From: Polynucleobacter sphagniphilus
Lineage (GTDB): Bacteria; Pseudomonadota; Gammaproteobacteria; Burkholderiales; Burkholderiaceae
Assembly: GCF_001953355.1 (NCBI RefSeq)
Contig: NZ_MPIY01000001.1
Span: forward strand, 403,848 to 435,847
Reading direction: 5' to 3'
DNA: 32,000 nt
This document shows, in pieces, positions 7,826 to 15,617 of the stretch. The number at the start of each line of letters is the position of its first letter. Within the stretch, counting starts at the first letter, position 1. Under the pieces are notes generated by a model, which saw only the letters and a list, made by a program, of their open reading frames with translations, was not told where the DNA came from and searched no databases. The translations under genes were made by a program, and so were the position numbers.

Positions 7826-9885
7826 AAAGCAGCTCGAACCCCAATCATGGCGCTGCGACCCGGTTGGGGTGCGTATAAGCGTACCGTCTCTGGCGTTGTG
7901 GCATAACGAATATCTTGATTCAATAAGTTTGTCAGACGCAGATAGCCTGTCCAAGAGATGCTGTTAATTCTTTCAGTGTATGACACGCCTGCATTGAGTA
8001 GGTTGTAGCTCGGCGTGGGGCCAATCTCAAAGCTAGCTAAGCGCGTCTGCTCAAAAGCATGGATGTAAGTAGCATTCATTTTCCATTGATTTACTTGTTG
8101 GGCAATTTCAGCCCCTAAGCGTGGGGCTGGTTGCAGGGGTAAATTACCGCCACTATTAAAAGTCCCTTGAGAGGCGTCACCAAATAGGCGAGTGCCAACG
8201 CCATTTTGCTGCCAGTTGTAGGTTAATTCTCCTTCAACCCCTTTAATGGTGGCATTTGCTTGTTGGGAGACTACTACTGGATAGTTGGTATATCCATCAC
8301 CAGAGGCTGTATTTCCAGTGTAGAAGCCATAAATGTAGTTACTGAACTGATTTTGATAGATGTTGGCTTTACCTTGGATGAGTCCACTTGTTTTTTGTAT
8401 ACCCAATTCAATGTTGTGCGAAGTCTCTATTTGTAAATTGGAATTACCCACTATGTATGTGGCGGTAGCATCGTGTGGACCGAAGGCGTAAAGCTCGGGT
8501 GCACTTGGTGCCCTTTGTGAAACGGTGTAGGCTGCAGCTAGTCCATAGCCTTTAGTCACTTCGTAAATAGTTCCCAAAGAGTAGGAGCCCAAATTAAACT
8601 GACGGTTAATTAATGAAGGTGGGCTATAAGTAGAAATCGAGTCGGCGTAAACGCTGGCCTGATTGGGGTTCTGGGTAACATAGTTGTAGCGCAAACCAAG
8701 ACTATTTTTAAAGTCACCAAAATTACCTTGCTCCACCCAAAATAGCGCATTGGAATTGGTGACTGTTTGCGGAACGATATCTGCATTGCCACTAGCGATA
8801 TCGGTTGCCGTTAGTTTGGCGGTAGAGGATTGCAAGCCAACACTACCTTTCCAGCCCATCCAGGATTGATGATCTAGTACCGCGCGTAATTCTGTTGCAT
8901 CATTTACCCAATTAGTTTGCGGCACGCCGTTGTTATCAAATTCATTGTGCATGTAATGGCTATTAGAGATGCTGAATTTGAAAGCGCTAAAACCATCCAT
9001 AGGATCGCGGGTTTCATGCTGCAAATCATAGCGATTTTGCGATTGGTTAATAAATCCGCCATCAGCAGTAGGAACGCCATAGTCATGATTAAGGCGCAAT
9101 AGTGAGACCCCGGTATAACCATGATCACCAATATAAGAAGCGCCCAGCCCTAAGTTATTCTCATTATTAAAGGAGAAGGGTAGCTTGCTAGAGTAGGGCA
9201 CATTTTGCGGAACGCCGGGGCTGATTGCCCAGTTAGCATTCGGCCCACCTTGCTCTGCGTAGCCAGGGATTTGATAGTTATTGGCATTGCTAATGGCGGT
9301 ATCAATATGAAAGGCAATTGGTCCGGTGGATGTATCGACTACTGCGCTGGCGGTCTTGTCTTGATTGACGGTTTCATAGCTCGTATTTACTGACCCCGTT
9401 GGCTCCCCTGGGAGGGAGGTGGCAATGCGATCATTAATCACATTGACCAAGCCGCCGCTCGAGCCAGACCCATACATCAATGCAGATGCGCCGCGTAGGA
9501 TTTCAATTTGACGCGTACTTTGTAAGGGGTTGGCGGTAGCATGATCTGCCGAAATACTCGATACGTCACTCACCGATAGGCCATTTTCTAAAATCTGTAC
9601 CCGCGCACCTTCGAGCCCACGAATGACTGGTCTGGAAGCGCCCGCTCCAAATCCGGTTGCAGAAACCCCCAGTTCATTGGAGAGGGTGGCGCCCAGGTTG
9701 TTACCCAGCTTATTTTGCAACTCATCGCCTGACAAAACTTTGCTCGGGCTCATAAGATTATTTTCGGAGATGGCGTTCGATTCAATCACTAAGCCGCCAT
9801 TCGGATCTTCCGCTCTTGCGGAGTAAGGAAGGCTTACGCCCAAAGCGCTTAATAAAGCCAATTGATAGGGGATTCTAAATTTCAT
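7822..9885 (-). CDS. TonB-dependent outer-membrane receptor (metal-type plug motifs)
   Basis: 687 aa. Has a signal peptide, a plug region (RPVIRGLEGARVQILENG, IEILRGASALMYGSGSSGGLVNV) and a C-terminal ...IGVRAAF barrel terminus. Confidence 0.9.
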   Translation of the reverse strand: MKFRIPYQLALLSALGVSLPYSARAEDPNGGLVIESNAISENNLMSPSKVLSGDELQNKLGNNLGATLSNELGVSATGFGAGASRPVIRGLEGARVQILENGLSVSDVSSISADHATANPLQSTRQIEILRGASALMYGSGSSGGLVNVINDRIATSLPGEPTGSVNTSYETVNQDKTASAVVDTSTGPIAFHIDTAISNANNYQIPGYAEQGGPNANWAISPGVPQNVPYSSKLPFSFNNENNLGLGASYIGDHGYTGVSLLRLNHDYGVPTADGGFINQSQNRYDLQHETRDPMDGFSAFKFSISNSHYMHNEFDNNGVPQTNWVNDATELRAVLDHQSWMGWKGSVGLQSSTAKLTATDIASGNADIVPQTVTNSNALFWVEQGNFGDFKNSLGLRYNYVTQNPNQASVYADSISTYSPPSLINRQFNLGSYSLGTIYEVTKGYGLAAAYTVSQRAPSAPELYAFGPHDATATYIVGNSNLQIETSHNIELGIQKTSGLIQGKANIYQNQFSNYIYGFYTGNTASGDGYTNYPVVVSQQANATIKGVEGELTYNWQQNGVGTRLFGDASQGTFNSGGNLPLQPAPRLGAEIAQQVNQWKMNATYIHAFEQTRLASFEIGPTPSYNLLNAGVSYTERINSISWTGYLRLTNLLNQDIRYATTPETVRLYAPQPGRSAMIGVRAAF

Positions 9886-9962
9886 ACTTCACTCTTAAAA
9901 CTATTGAACTATTTCAACAGGTAAATGCACATAAATTCGCTAATAAGGCGAGGGCAATGTAA

Positions 9963-10331
9963 TTAAAGAGTGATGCTGGGGGGAGCTCGAGATTGATAGG
10001 GTGAGGCAAGAGCCTGGAAAACCGTTACCACTAAGAGCGGGGTAAAAGTGCCTGAATAAGAAAGCTCCCCGATAGAAGATTGAACATCTGGCGCAATAAA
10101 ACTGGCGAGGGTTAAGGCATCAAATAAATGGCAATCGGCTGCAGCATGAGATATGCCAAAGGAAGTGCGATCGCCAGTGTTGAACTCTAAATTAACGCCC
10201 TGGAAGCCGGCATGCGAAACGCTATGTGCAAAGCCTAAATACTGGGTGCCCAAGAGGCTAAATAGCAAAAAGCCAAGAGCGATTAACGCTCGCGTTTGCT
10301 TGCTAACTTTGCCGTTAAAAAGGGTGCTCAT
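9963..10331 (-). CDS. small signal-anchored protein upstream of the TonB-dependent receptor (DUF2946-like by size, position and His/Cys content)
   Basis: 122 aa with one N-terminal TM, plus HSVSHAG and HAAADCH. Lies 77 nt upstream of the receptor on the same strand. Confidence 0.35.
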   Translation of the reverse strand: MSTLFNGKVSKQTRALIALGFLLFSLLGTQYLGFAHSVSHAGFQGVNLEFNTGDRTSFGISHAAADCHLFDALTLASFIAPDVQSSIGELSYSGTFTPLLVVTVFQALASPYQSRAPPSITL

Positions 10332-10392
10332 GGGCCTGAATATTACAGGATTTGGCCCTCAGCAACATGTCGGTGTACAATATCTATTCCGT

Positions 10393-10469
10393 CGGAGTGT
10401 AGCGCAGCCTGGTAGCGCACCTGCTTTGGGAGCAGGGGGTCCAAGGTTCGAATCCTTGTACTCCGACCA
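10393..10469 (+). tRNA. tRNA-Pro (anticodon TGG)
   Basis: Cloverleaf folded by hand: acceptor CGGAGTG/TACTCCG, anticodon stem CCTGC/GCAGG with loop TTTGGGA, T-arm CAAGG-TTCGAAT-CCTTG, encoded CCA. Confidence 0.9.
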
Positions 10470-10508
10470 CTTTCTCAAGTTTCACCATTTAGTCCCAGTA
10501 CACACATA

Positions 10509-10587
<79 letters not shown>

Positions 10588-10860
10588 ATTTCATATTAGT
10601 TCATATAAAAGTAGGCTTGTTGATTGTGTTCGATTGTGGCTGATCATGATCAAGCTTGAGTAGCTTTGGGTTCTCCTTGGGTCTAGCGTGGCGGATCCAG
10701 GCAGACTATCGGCGACCCTGCGACTGGGACAGGCTAGATAGAATTTTGACCCTGGCGATTTAGTGTCGGTTCGACCCGACTTTCGAGCGTCCGGTTACGT
10801 GACGGTCAGGTGGCTCTTATGGAGTGCCTTGGGGATTCTCAGAGTGGTTAATTGGTTGTG
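10588..10860 (+). repeat. island left arm X1, homologous to X2 at 25497-25770
   Basis: Shared blocks are CCTTGGGTCTAGCGTGG (10675-10691 vs 25597-25613) and GTTACGTGACGGTCAGGyGGCTCTTAT (10794-10820 vs 25704-25730). Weaker similarity begins right after the att core. Confidence 0.7.
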
Positions 10861-10915
10861 GCTGGGTGCCTCATAAATTTTTGAGCACCAGCTTTTTAAT
10901 TTATCCACTACTTTT

Positions 10916-12085
10916 TTATTCCATCGAGCTATGAATTGCCCTGACAAAATCTGACTGTGTGATCATGCCTGCTAATTTCTGGTGTTCGTCAATAACTGGA
11001 AGGTGATGATGGCCATCGCCTTCAAATATCGTAACTAAATCGAGAAGATTGCGATTCGTGCTGATAACTCGAACAGTTTTTTGCATAACTTGCCCAACAG
11101 CATTTGGGTAGGCGTCAGATAGCTTGACTGAGGCCCTGCTAAAACTCTGGCGCATAAAACCTTGTAGGCGCTGCCCAAAAGTTTTATCAAAATCAACTGC
11201 TGCATATTTTAAAAAATGTTCTAAGGTGATAATTCCAACTATTCGATCATTTCTATCAACCACTGGTAGTGATTTAATGTGATTTTTTCTTATCCTTATC
11301 CAAGCCTCCTCCAGAGGGGTTGCCATTTCAACGGAGATGACTGGAGAGCTCATGATGGCGGAACAAGTAATGGACTTTAACTTTTGTTGGTATGCATGTA
11401 ATTCAACATCGCGAATAATATTTGCTAAGTCCCCTGGATTGATGTCAATGAATTCTTTGTATTTCGCTAGCACTTGAGCGATGGCATTCTTATCCTCAAT
11501 TAAGCTCATTGTTTCAGCGGATGGGGATTTGCTGGATATGTTGCCAGGAGATTTTTCCGTATGGGGGTATTGTTTTCCTGTGATACGGTTATAAAAGATG
11601 CCGGCTAGTACAAGCAATAGGGAATCCATCAGCACTGGAAATAAAGCAAACCTATAGGTAACGATATGTCCTAGTATCGCGCTAAGTGCTGTAGCTGCCG
11701 CAGGAGCATGTAAGCACTTGAAAAAAAGCATGCCTAAAATAGATACGCCAATCGCTATCGGTATACCAAGTCTAGGGTCAGGTATCAGGATTGCGCAGGT
11801 AACGCCTACAAGTGCAGAAACTATATTCCCGCCAATGACTGCTTTTGGTTGCGCCATTGGACTGGATGGAAGAACGAAAACAAGTAGTGCGCTTGCCCCC
11901 AAGGAGGCCATTGCCCATTCATTAATTTCGGTGTATTCGCTTGCAAATTTGGCTATAAAGGCAACGAACCCACCGCCAACGATTCCGCCAATAGCAGAGC
12001 GGAAATGTTCAGACCACGGAACATGTGGGTTTTTATTTTGCGCCATTTGTTTCAAAATTTGCTTAAAGCTCATCATCAACTCCAA
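10916..12085 (-). CDS. HPP-family membrane protein fused to a C-terminal CBS-domain pair
   Basis: 389 aa. The N-terminal TM region carries CLHAPAAATALSA (an HPP-motif variant). The C-terminal half has two CBS-like units (MSSPVISV..., VMQKTVRVIS...). Confidence 0.8.
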   Translation of the reverse strand: MELMMSFKQILKQMAQNKNPHVPWSEHFRSAIGGIVGGGFVAFIAKFASEYTEINEWAMASLGASALLVFVLPSSPMAQPKAVIGGNIVSALVGVTCAILIPDPRLGIPIAIGVSILGMLFFKCLHAPAAATALSAILGHIVTYRFALFPVLMDSLLLVLAGIFYNRITGKQYPHTEKSPGNISSKSPSAETMSLIEDKNAIAQVLAKYKEFIDINPGDLANIIRDVELHAYQQKLKSITCSAIMSSPVISVEMATPLEEAWIRIRKNHIKSLPVVDRNDRIVGIITLEHFLKYAAVDFDKTFGQRLQGFMRQSFSRASVKLSDAYPNAVGQVMQKTVRVISTNRNLLDLVTIFEGDGHHHLPVIDEHQKLAGMITQSDFVRAIHSSME

Positions 12086-12259
12086 AAAATTAAATAAGTA
12101 GGCTTCATCAATATTGGTGAAAATTACTGGTTAGTACTTTTTTTGACCAACCTGGACTCGCTTATTTTAAAAGCAATTGCCAATTTCAACATACCCATGA
12201 TGTCTTGGTTGGGCGCCTACTTTTATGGGCAGCATGTTTACCTATGAGATTACTTTTAA

Positions 12260-12550
12260 TTATTTCCCCATTAAGCGATCATTTTGGGTTAATAAATTCT
12301 CACCAATCATTTCCACTCGTGAAAACCATTTTTCGTCTAAGTCAGCTTTAATATGAGAGCTAATAACCGTTCTAAATAGTTGCTTCCAGTCCTCTAGCAG
12401 CTCTGCATTAAAAGCGGCAGAAAAATGCTTCCCGACAGGATCATATCGGTAGGATTTCTGTGGTTGTCCACCCAATGCTACCCACCAAAAATGAGCAATC
12501 CTATCTTTGTGGTTTGGCCAATCATCTACGGATGAGAATGGTTTAGCCAA
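12260..12550 (-). CDS. truncated-hemoglobin-like globin (group III/Ctb-like); the start is uncertain and the gene may be N-terminally damaged
   Basis: The pattern WPNHKDRIAHFWWVALGG...YRYDPVGKH resembles the trHb core. Globin-like sequence continues upstream of the only canonical start (TTG at 12550). Confidence 0.6.
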   Translation of the reverse strand: MAKPFSSVDDWPNHKDRIAHFWWVALGGQPQKSYRYDPVGKHFSAAFNAELLEDWKQLFRTVISSHIKADLDEKWFSRVEMIGENLLTQNDRLMGK

Positions 12551-12666
12551 GGTTGGATGTGTTTGAACAAGGCTGTAGAAGACATCAACAACTCTATCTA
12601 TTGATATTTTTCCGATTTGATCGGCAAGGGTAACCTGATTGCTCGGTTTATTTATGACGATGGAGA

Positions 12667-13095
12667 TTATTTGTTTGCACCCTCTAACTCAAGTATTCTT
12701 TTCCGTAAATTTCGTTCATCAGAAAATCGAGCGGTGTCATCTCGAATGACGGCTGCCACGCCAACTGTTTTCTTCTCAGCATCAAAAATCATTGATACCG
12801 TAAATGCAATCGATAAAGGGCGTCCAGATTTATGTGTAGCTGGCACAGCAAGCAATTTATCTCCATAGCTGGTAGTTCTCGTTTCCATGGAGTGGTTATA
12901 TCCATCGTTATGACGTTTCCGTAGCCGTTCTGGAATGATGAGATCCAAGCTTTGACCAAGAGCCTCGGATTGCGTAAACCCAAATATACGCTCGGCTGCT
13001 GGGTTCCAGTATACAATCGTGCCTTGAGCATCAGAAATGACCATGCCATCGCCAAGAGAATGCACTAATTCTTTGAAATTGATATGTAGGTCCAT
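12667..13095 (-). CDS. stand-alone PAS-domain sensor protein
   Basis: 142 aa. GDGMVISDAQGTIVYWNPAAERIFGFTQSEALGQSLDLIIP is a canonical PAS N-terminal cap and core. Confidence 0.8.
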   Translation of the reverse strand: MDLHINFKELVHSLGDGMVISDAQGTIVYWNPAAERIFGFTQSEALGQSLDLIIPERLRKRHNDGYNHSMETRTTSYGDKLLAVPATHKSGRPLSIAFTVSMIFDAEKKTVGVAAVIRDDTARFSDERNLRKRILELEGANK

Positions 13096-13121
13096 TTGAC
13101 CAATATCCTTCGCTTAGTTGA

Positions 13122-14885
13122 TTAAATAGCTTTTTTGGGTGATAAGTGGCGAGTAACCTCGCTTGCTTCTTTTAATCTTTGTGAATGAGCCGACAAGAGA
13201 TCACTCCGGGTAATAATTCCAAGCATGCAATTTGAGTCGGTATCTTTTGTAACAATTATCCTGCCTGTATCATGTTTTAGCATCTGATCAGCAACCTCTC
13301 TTGCGGTATGGCTTTCTGGAATTGTTAGTGGGCTTCGAGCAATCAAATCGCCAATAGAGGCGTCTGGAGGGATCGCTGATTTCATTAAGTCTTTGCGGGT
13401 TACGACACCAACGACATCATTGCTCTTATTTAACACTGGATACCCTTGGTGTTGTGCTTCTGTAGATTCTTGCGCTAGCCAGGTCCGCACTTCGCCAACC
13501 AATTGAGAGCTTTGCAAAGAAATAACATCTTGACTGCTGATTTCTCCAGCTGTAATTCGCTCAAGGTAGTCTGCGCTATATTCGGACGGCACTCTAACAC
13601 CGCGCCGAATCAATTTTTCGCTCATGATAGTATTTCGCATTATTAACGCCGATACAAGATACGCAGCCGTACAGCCTCCAAGCAAAGGAAGTAAGCCATG
13701 GGGCTGCAAAGTAGTTTCAAATGCAAATACAACGGATGCAAGTAGAGCGCGAGAGGCGCCGGCAAATAGGGCCGCCATTCCAACCAAAGCGGCGATGCGA
13801 GGATCTAAATTAAGCCAAGGTAGCCAATGGACAATGGCTAAGCCATAGATTGCACCCAAGGCACTTCCAATTGTAAAGAGGGGTGCTAGTGTACCGCCGG
13901 ATGTCCCGCTTCCCAGGGCAATAGACCAAGAAATAAATTTTAGAAAACAGAGGGTAATTAGTGCATCTATTGCTAATTGCCCATTAAGTATGGAGGCAAT
14001 ATTTTCATAGCCAACACCAAGCGTATGGGGATTAATATAGCCAATAATGCCAACTGCAAGACCGCCTAATGCGGGCCACCACATCCAGTGGATAGGTAGT
14101 TTCTCGAAAATATCTTCAATGCTGTAAATGGATTTACTAATCCAAATACTAATCAAGCCAATTAAGCCACCCAGAATGGTGTACGCAATAATTGCCCCAA
14201 TACCAGGGATGGCAAAATTGGACATGGCAAATATTGCACCATCACCTTCCAGTTGGTAGCGGATACTAGTTGCGGTTACTGTGGCCAATGCAACTGGTAC
14301 AAGTGAGCGAGCGCGGCGCTCAAAGAGAAGTAACTCTATTGCTAGCAGCACTGCAGAAACGGGCGCTGCAAATATTGCAGCCATTCCTGCTGCTGCACCA
14401 GCAGCTAACAATACCTTGCGCTCATCAGCTGTAACGTGAATTAGTTGACCCAATACAGACCCTAGCGCTCCACCTGTGGCAATAATCGGGCCTTCTGCGC
14501 CAAATGGACCACCAGTGCCAATTGCAATGGCGGAAGAGAGTGGTTTAAGCCAAGTAATGCGGGCGGGAATTCGGCTTTCATTGCGTAGAACTTGTTCCAT
14601 CGCTTCAGGGATGCCGTGACCGCGAATAGCTTTAGAGCCCCACCTTGCCATACCGCCAACAATTAACCCTCCAATCATTGGTATGGGAATCACCCATAAC
14701 CCTAGATGATTGGCTGCGGGACTAATAAATGATGTGCTGAGTCGCCCATAAAAAGTGATATTAGTTATTAATCCAATTAATTCAATAAGAGCATGCGCTG
14801 TAAATGCCGACACAACCCCCAAAACGATACACAAACCGCTAATCCACAGTATTCGTTGATTCAATAATTTTGGTTGATTTCGCAC
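13122..14885 (-). CDS. ClC-family voltage-gated chloride channel/antiporter with a C-terminal CBS pair
   Basis: 587 aa containing GHGIPE, GAEGP and GGTLAP blocks, multiple TMs and a CBS pair at the C-terminus. GTG start. Confidence 0.9.
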   Translation of the reverse strand: MRNQPKLLNQRILWISGLCIVLGVVSAFTAHALIELIGLITNITFYGRLSTSFISPAANHLGLWVIPIPMIGGLIVGGMARWGSKAIRGHGIPEAMEQVLRNESRIPARITWLKPLSSAIAIGTGGPFGAEGPIIATGGALGSVLGQLIHVTADERKVLLAAGAAAGMAAIFAAPVSAVLLAIELLLFERRARSLVPVALATVTATSIRYQLEGDGAIFAMSNFAIPGIGAIIAYTILGGLIGLISIWISKSIYSIEDIFEKLPIHWMWWPALGGLAVGIIGYINPHTLGVGYENIASILNGQLAIDALITLCFLKFISWSIALGSGTSGGTLAPLFTIGSALGAIYGLAIVHWLPWLNLDPRIAALVGMAALFAGASRALLASVVFAFETTLQPHGLLPLLGGCTAAYLVSALIMRNTIMSEKLIRRGVRVPSEYSADYLERITAGEISSQDVISLQSSQLVGEVRTWLAQESTEAQHQGYPVLNKSNDVVGVVTRKDLMKSAIPPDASIGDLIARSPLTIPESHTAREVADQMLKHDTGRIIVTKDTDSNCMLGIITRSDLLSAHSQRLKEASEVTRHLSPKKAI

Positions 14886-14909
14886 TCTTGCCCCTTAAGA
14901 TTCTTTCAA

Positions 14910-14930
14910 TTATATCATAATATGATGTAA
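14910..14930. promoter_or_regulatory. 21-bp near-perfect palindrome in the marR/clc divergent promoter region; candidate MarR operator
   Basis: TTATATCATAATATGATGTAA. The core ATCATA-a-TATGAT is perfect and the outer TTA/TAA arms match. It lies in the 78-bp gap between 14885 and 14964. Confidence 0.45.
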
Positions 14931-14963
14931 TAATTTAGGGACGAGATAGGCTATTCTTAAACT

Positions 14964-15374
14964 ATGAAAAAATTTAAGTATGAAGCGCTATCAGAGTTTC
15001 GCTATCAGTTAAGAAGGTTTCTTCATTTCAGCGAAGAGGCTGTTAAATCGGAGGGTTTAACCCCTCTACAGTACTTATTACTTTTGCACGTTAGAGGTTT
15101 TCCTGGGCGTGACTGGGCAACGGTGGGGGAGATTGCCGAAAGGTTGCAGATTAAGCATCACGGCACCGTTGCCTTGCTTACAAGATGCGAGGGCCTTAAA
15201 TTGGTAGAGCGAAGAAAGAGTGACGTAGACCGCCGCCAAGTAGAGGTGCATCTACTGCCCGAGGGTGAACATCGACTTAAGCGTTTAGTATCATTGCACG
15301 AGGCTGAATTAGGTTCTTTGAAGAATGTTTTTCAGGTAGCGCAAATTACAGCCTTCAATAATGAGGATGGATGA
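14964..15374 (+). CDS. MarR-family transcriptional regulator
   Basis: 136 aa. Winged-helix pattern LTPLQYLLLLHV...TVGEIAERLQIKHHGTVALLTRCEGLKLVERRKSDVDRRQVEV. Confidence 0.85.
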   Translation: MKKFKYEALSEFRYQLRRFLHFSEEAVKSEGLTPLQYLLLLHVRGFPGRDWATVGEIAERLQIKHHGTVALLTRCEGLKLVERRKSDVDRRQVEVHLLPEGEHRLKRLVSLHEAELGSLKNVFQVAQITAFNNEDG

Positions 15375-15436
15375 CATCAGGAAACCTCGAGCGTTTCATT
15401 TAACTCTTTTGATTGTTTTCCATTAAGGCTATGGCC

Positions 15437-15579
15437 GCTTATGGGTCGATCTCTGCCTGCAATACTCAATTTAGGTGAAGGTCTGCTGTGTGATAAGCAA
15501 CAGTCCATCACAGCCCTGATCCCGAAGTGTCAGGTATAACGGACCGTAAATAATTCAGGTCGCCCAAACGTAAATCTGA
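15437..15579 (+). repeat. integrase-upstream arm Z1, homologous to Z2 at 31860-32000
   Basis: Shared GCyTATGGGTCG at the start and TAAATmATTCAGGTCGCCCAAACGTAAATCTGA at the end (15547-15579 vs 31968-32000, one mismatch). Similarity in between is looser. Confidence 0.65.
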
Positions 15580-15590
15580 AATTAAGCTAA

Positions 15591-15615
15591 CAAGTGTCGT
15601 GTTTCGAGACACTTG
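15591..15615 (+). promoter_or_regulatory. hairpin/inverted repeat CAAGTGTC-N9-GACACTTG immediately upstream of the integrase ATG
   Basis: Read directly. It ends 2 nt before the ATG at 15618. Confidence 0.3.
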
Positions 15616-15617
15616 TA

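Noticed and set aside
10608-10620. Motif AAGTAGGCTT recurring at 10610, 12098 and (as CTAGGCTT) 25523, considered as possible integrase arm sites
   Set aside because: A near-identical AGTAGGCTTT also occurs in core sequence at 6742, so chance recurrence in AT-rich DNA cannot be excluded.
10588-10915. The sequence after tRNA-Arg as a tmRNA or other known structured RNA gene
   Set aside because: It has no tRNA-like acceptor or T-arm ends and no resume-codon or tag-ORF features. Its homology to X2 is better explained as an island arm. A small RNA remains possible and is listed only as a low-interest hypothesis.
13122-14885. The ClC selectivity region reads GHGIPE (His instead of the canonical Ser), and Met aligns with the central Tyr
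   Set aside because: From memory, GHG[IV]PE is common among prokaryotic CBS-containing ClC proteins, and my Tyr alignment is by hand. This is not safe to flag as unusual without a real alignment. It does not match the CLC-F fluoride-type motifs I recall.
14886-14963. Possible fluoride or other riboswitch upstream of the ClC gene
   Set aside because: The leader is only 78 nt and very AT-rich. It has no GC-paired structure resembling the crcB motif and is better explained as a MarR-controlled divergent promoter.
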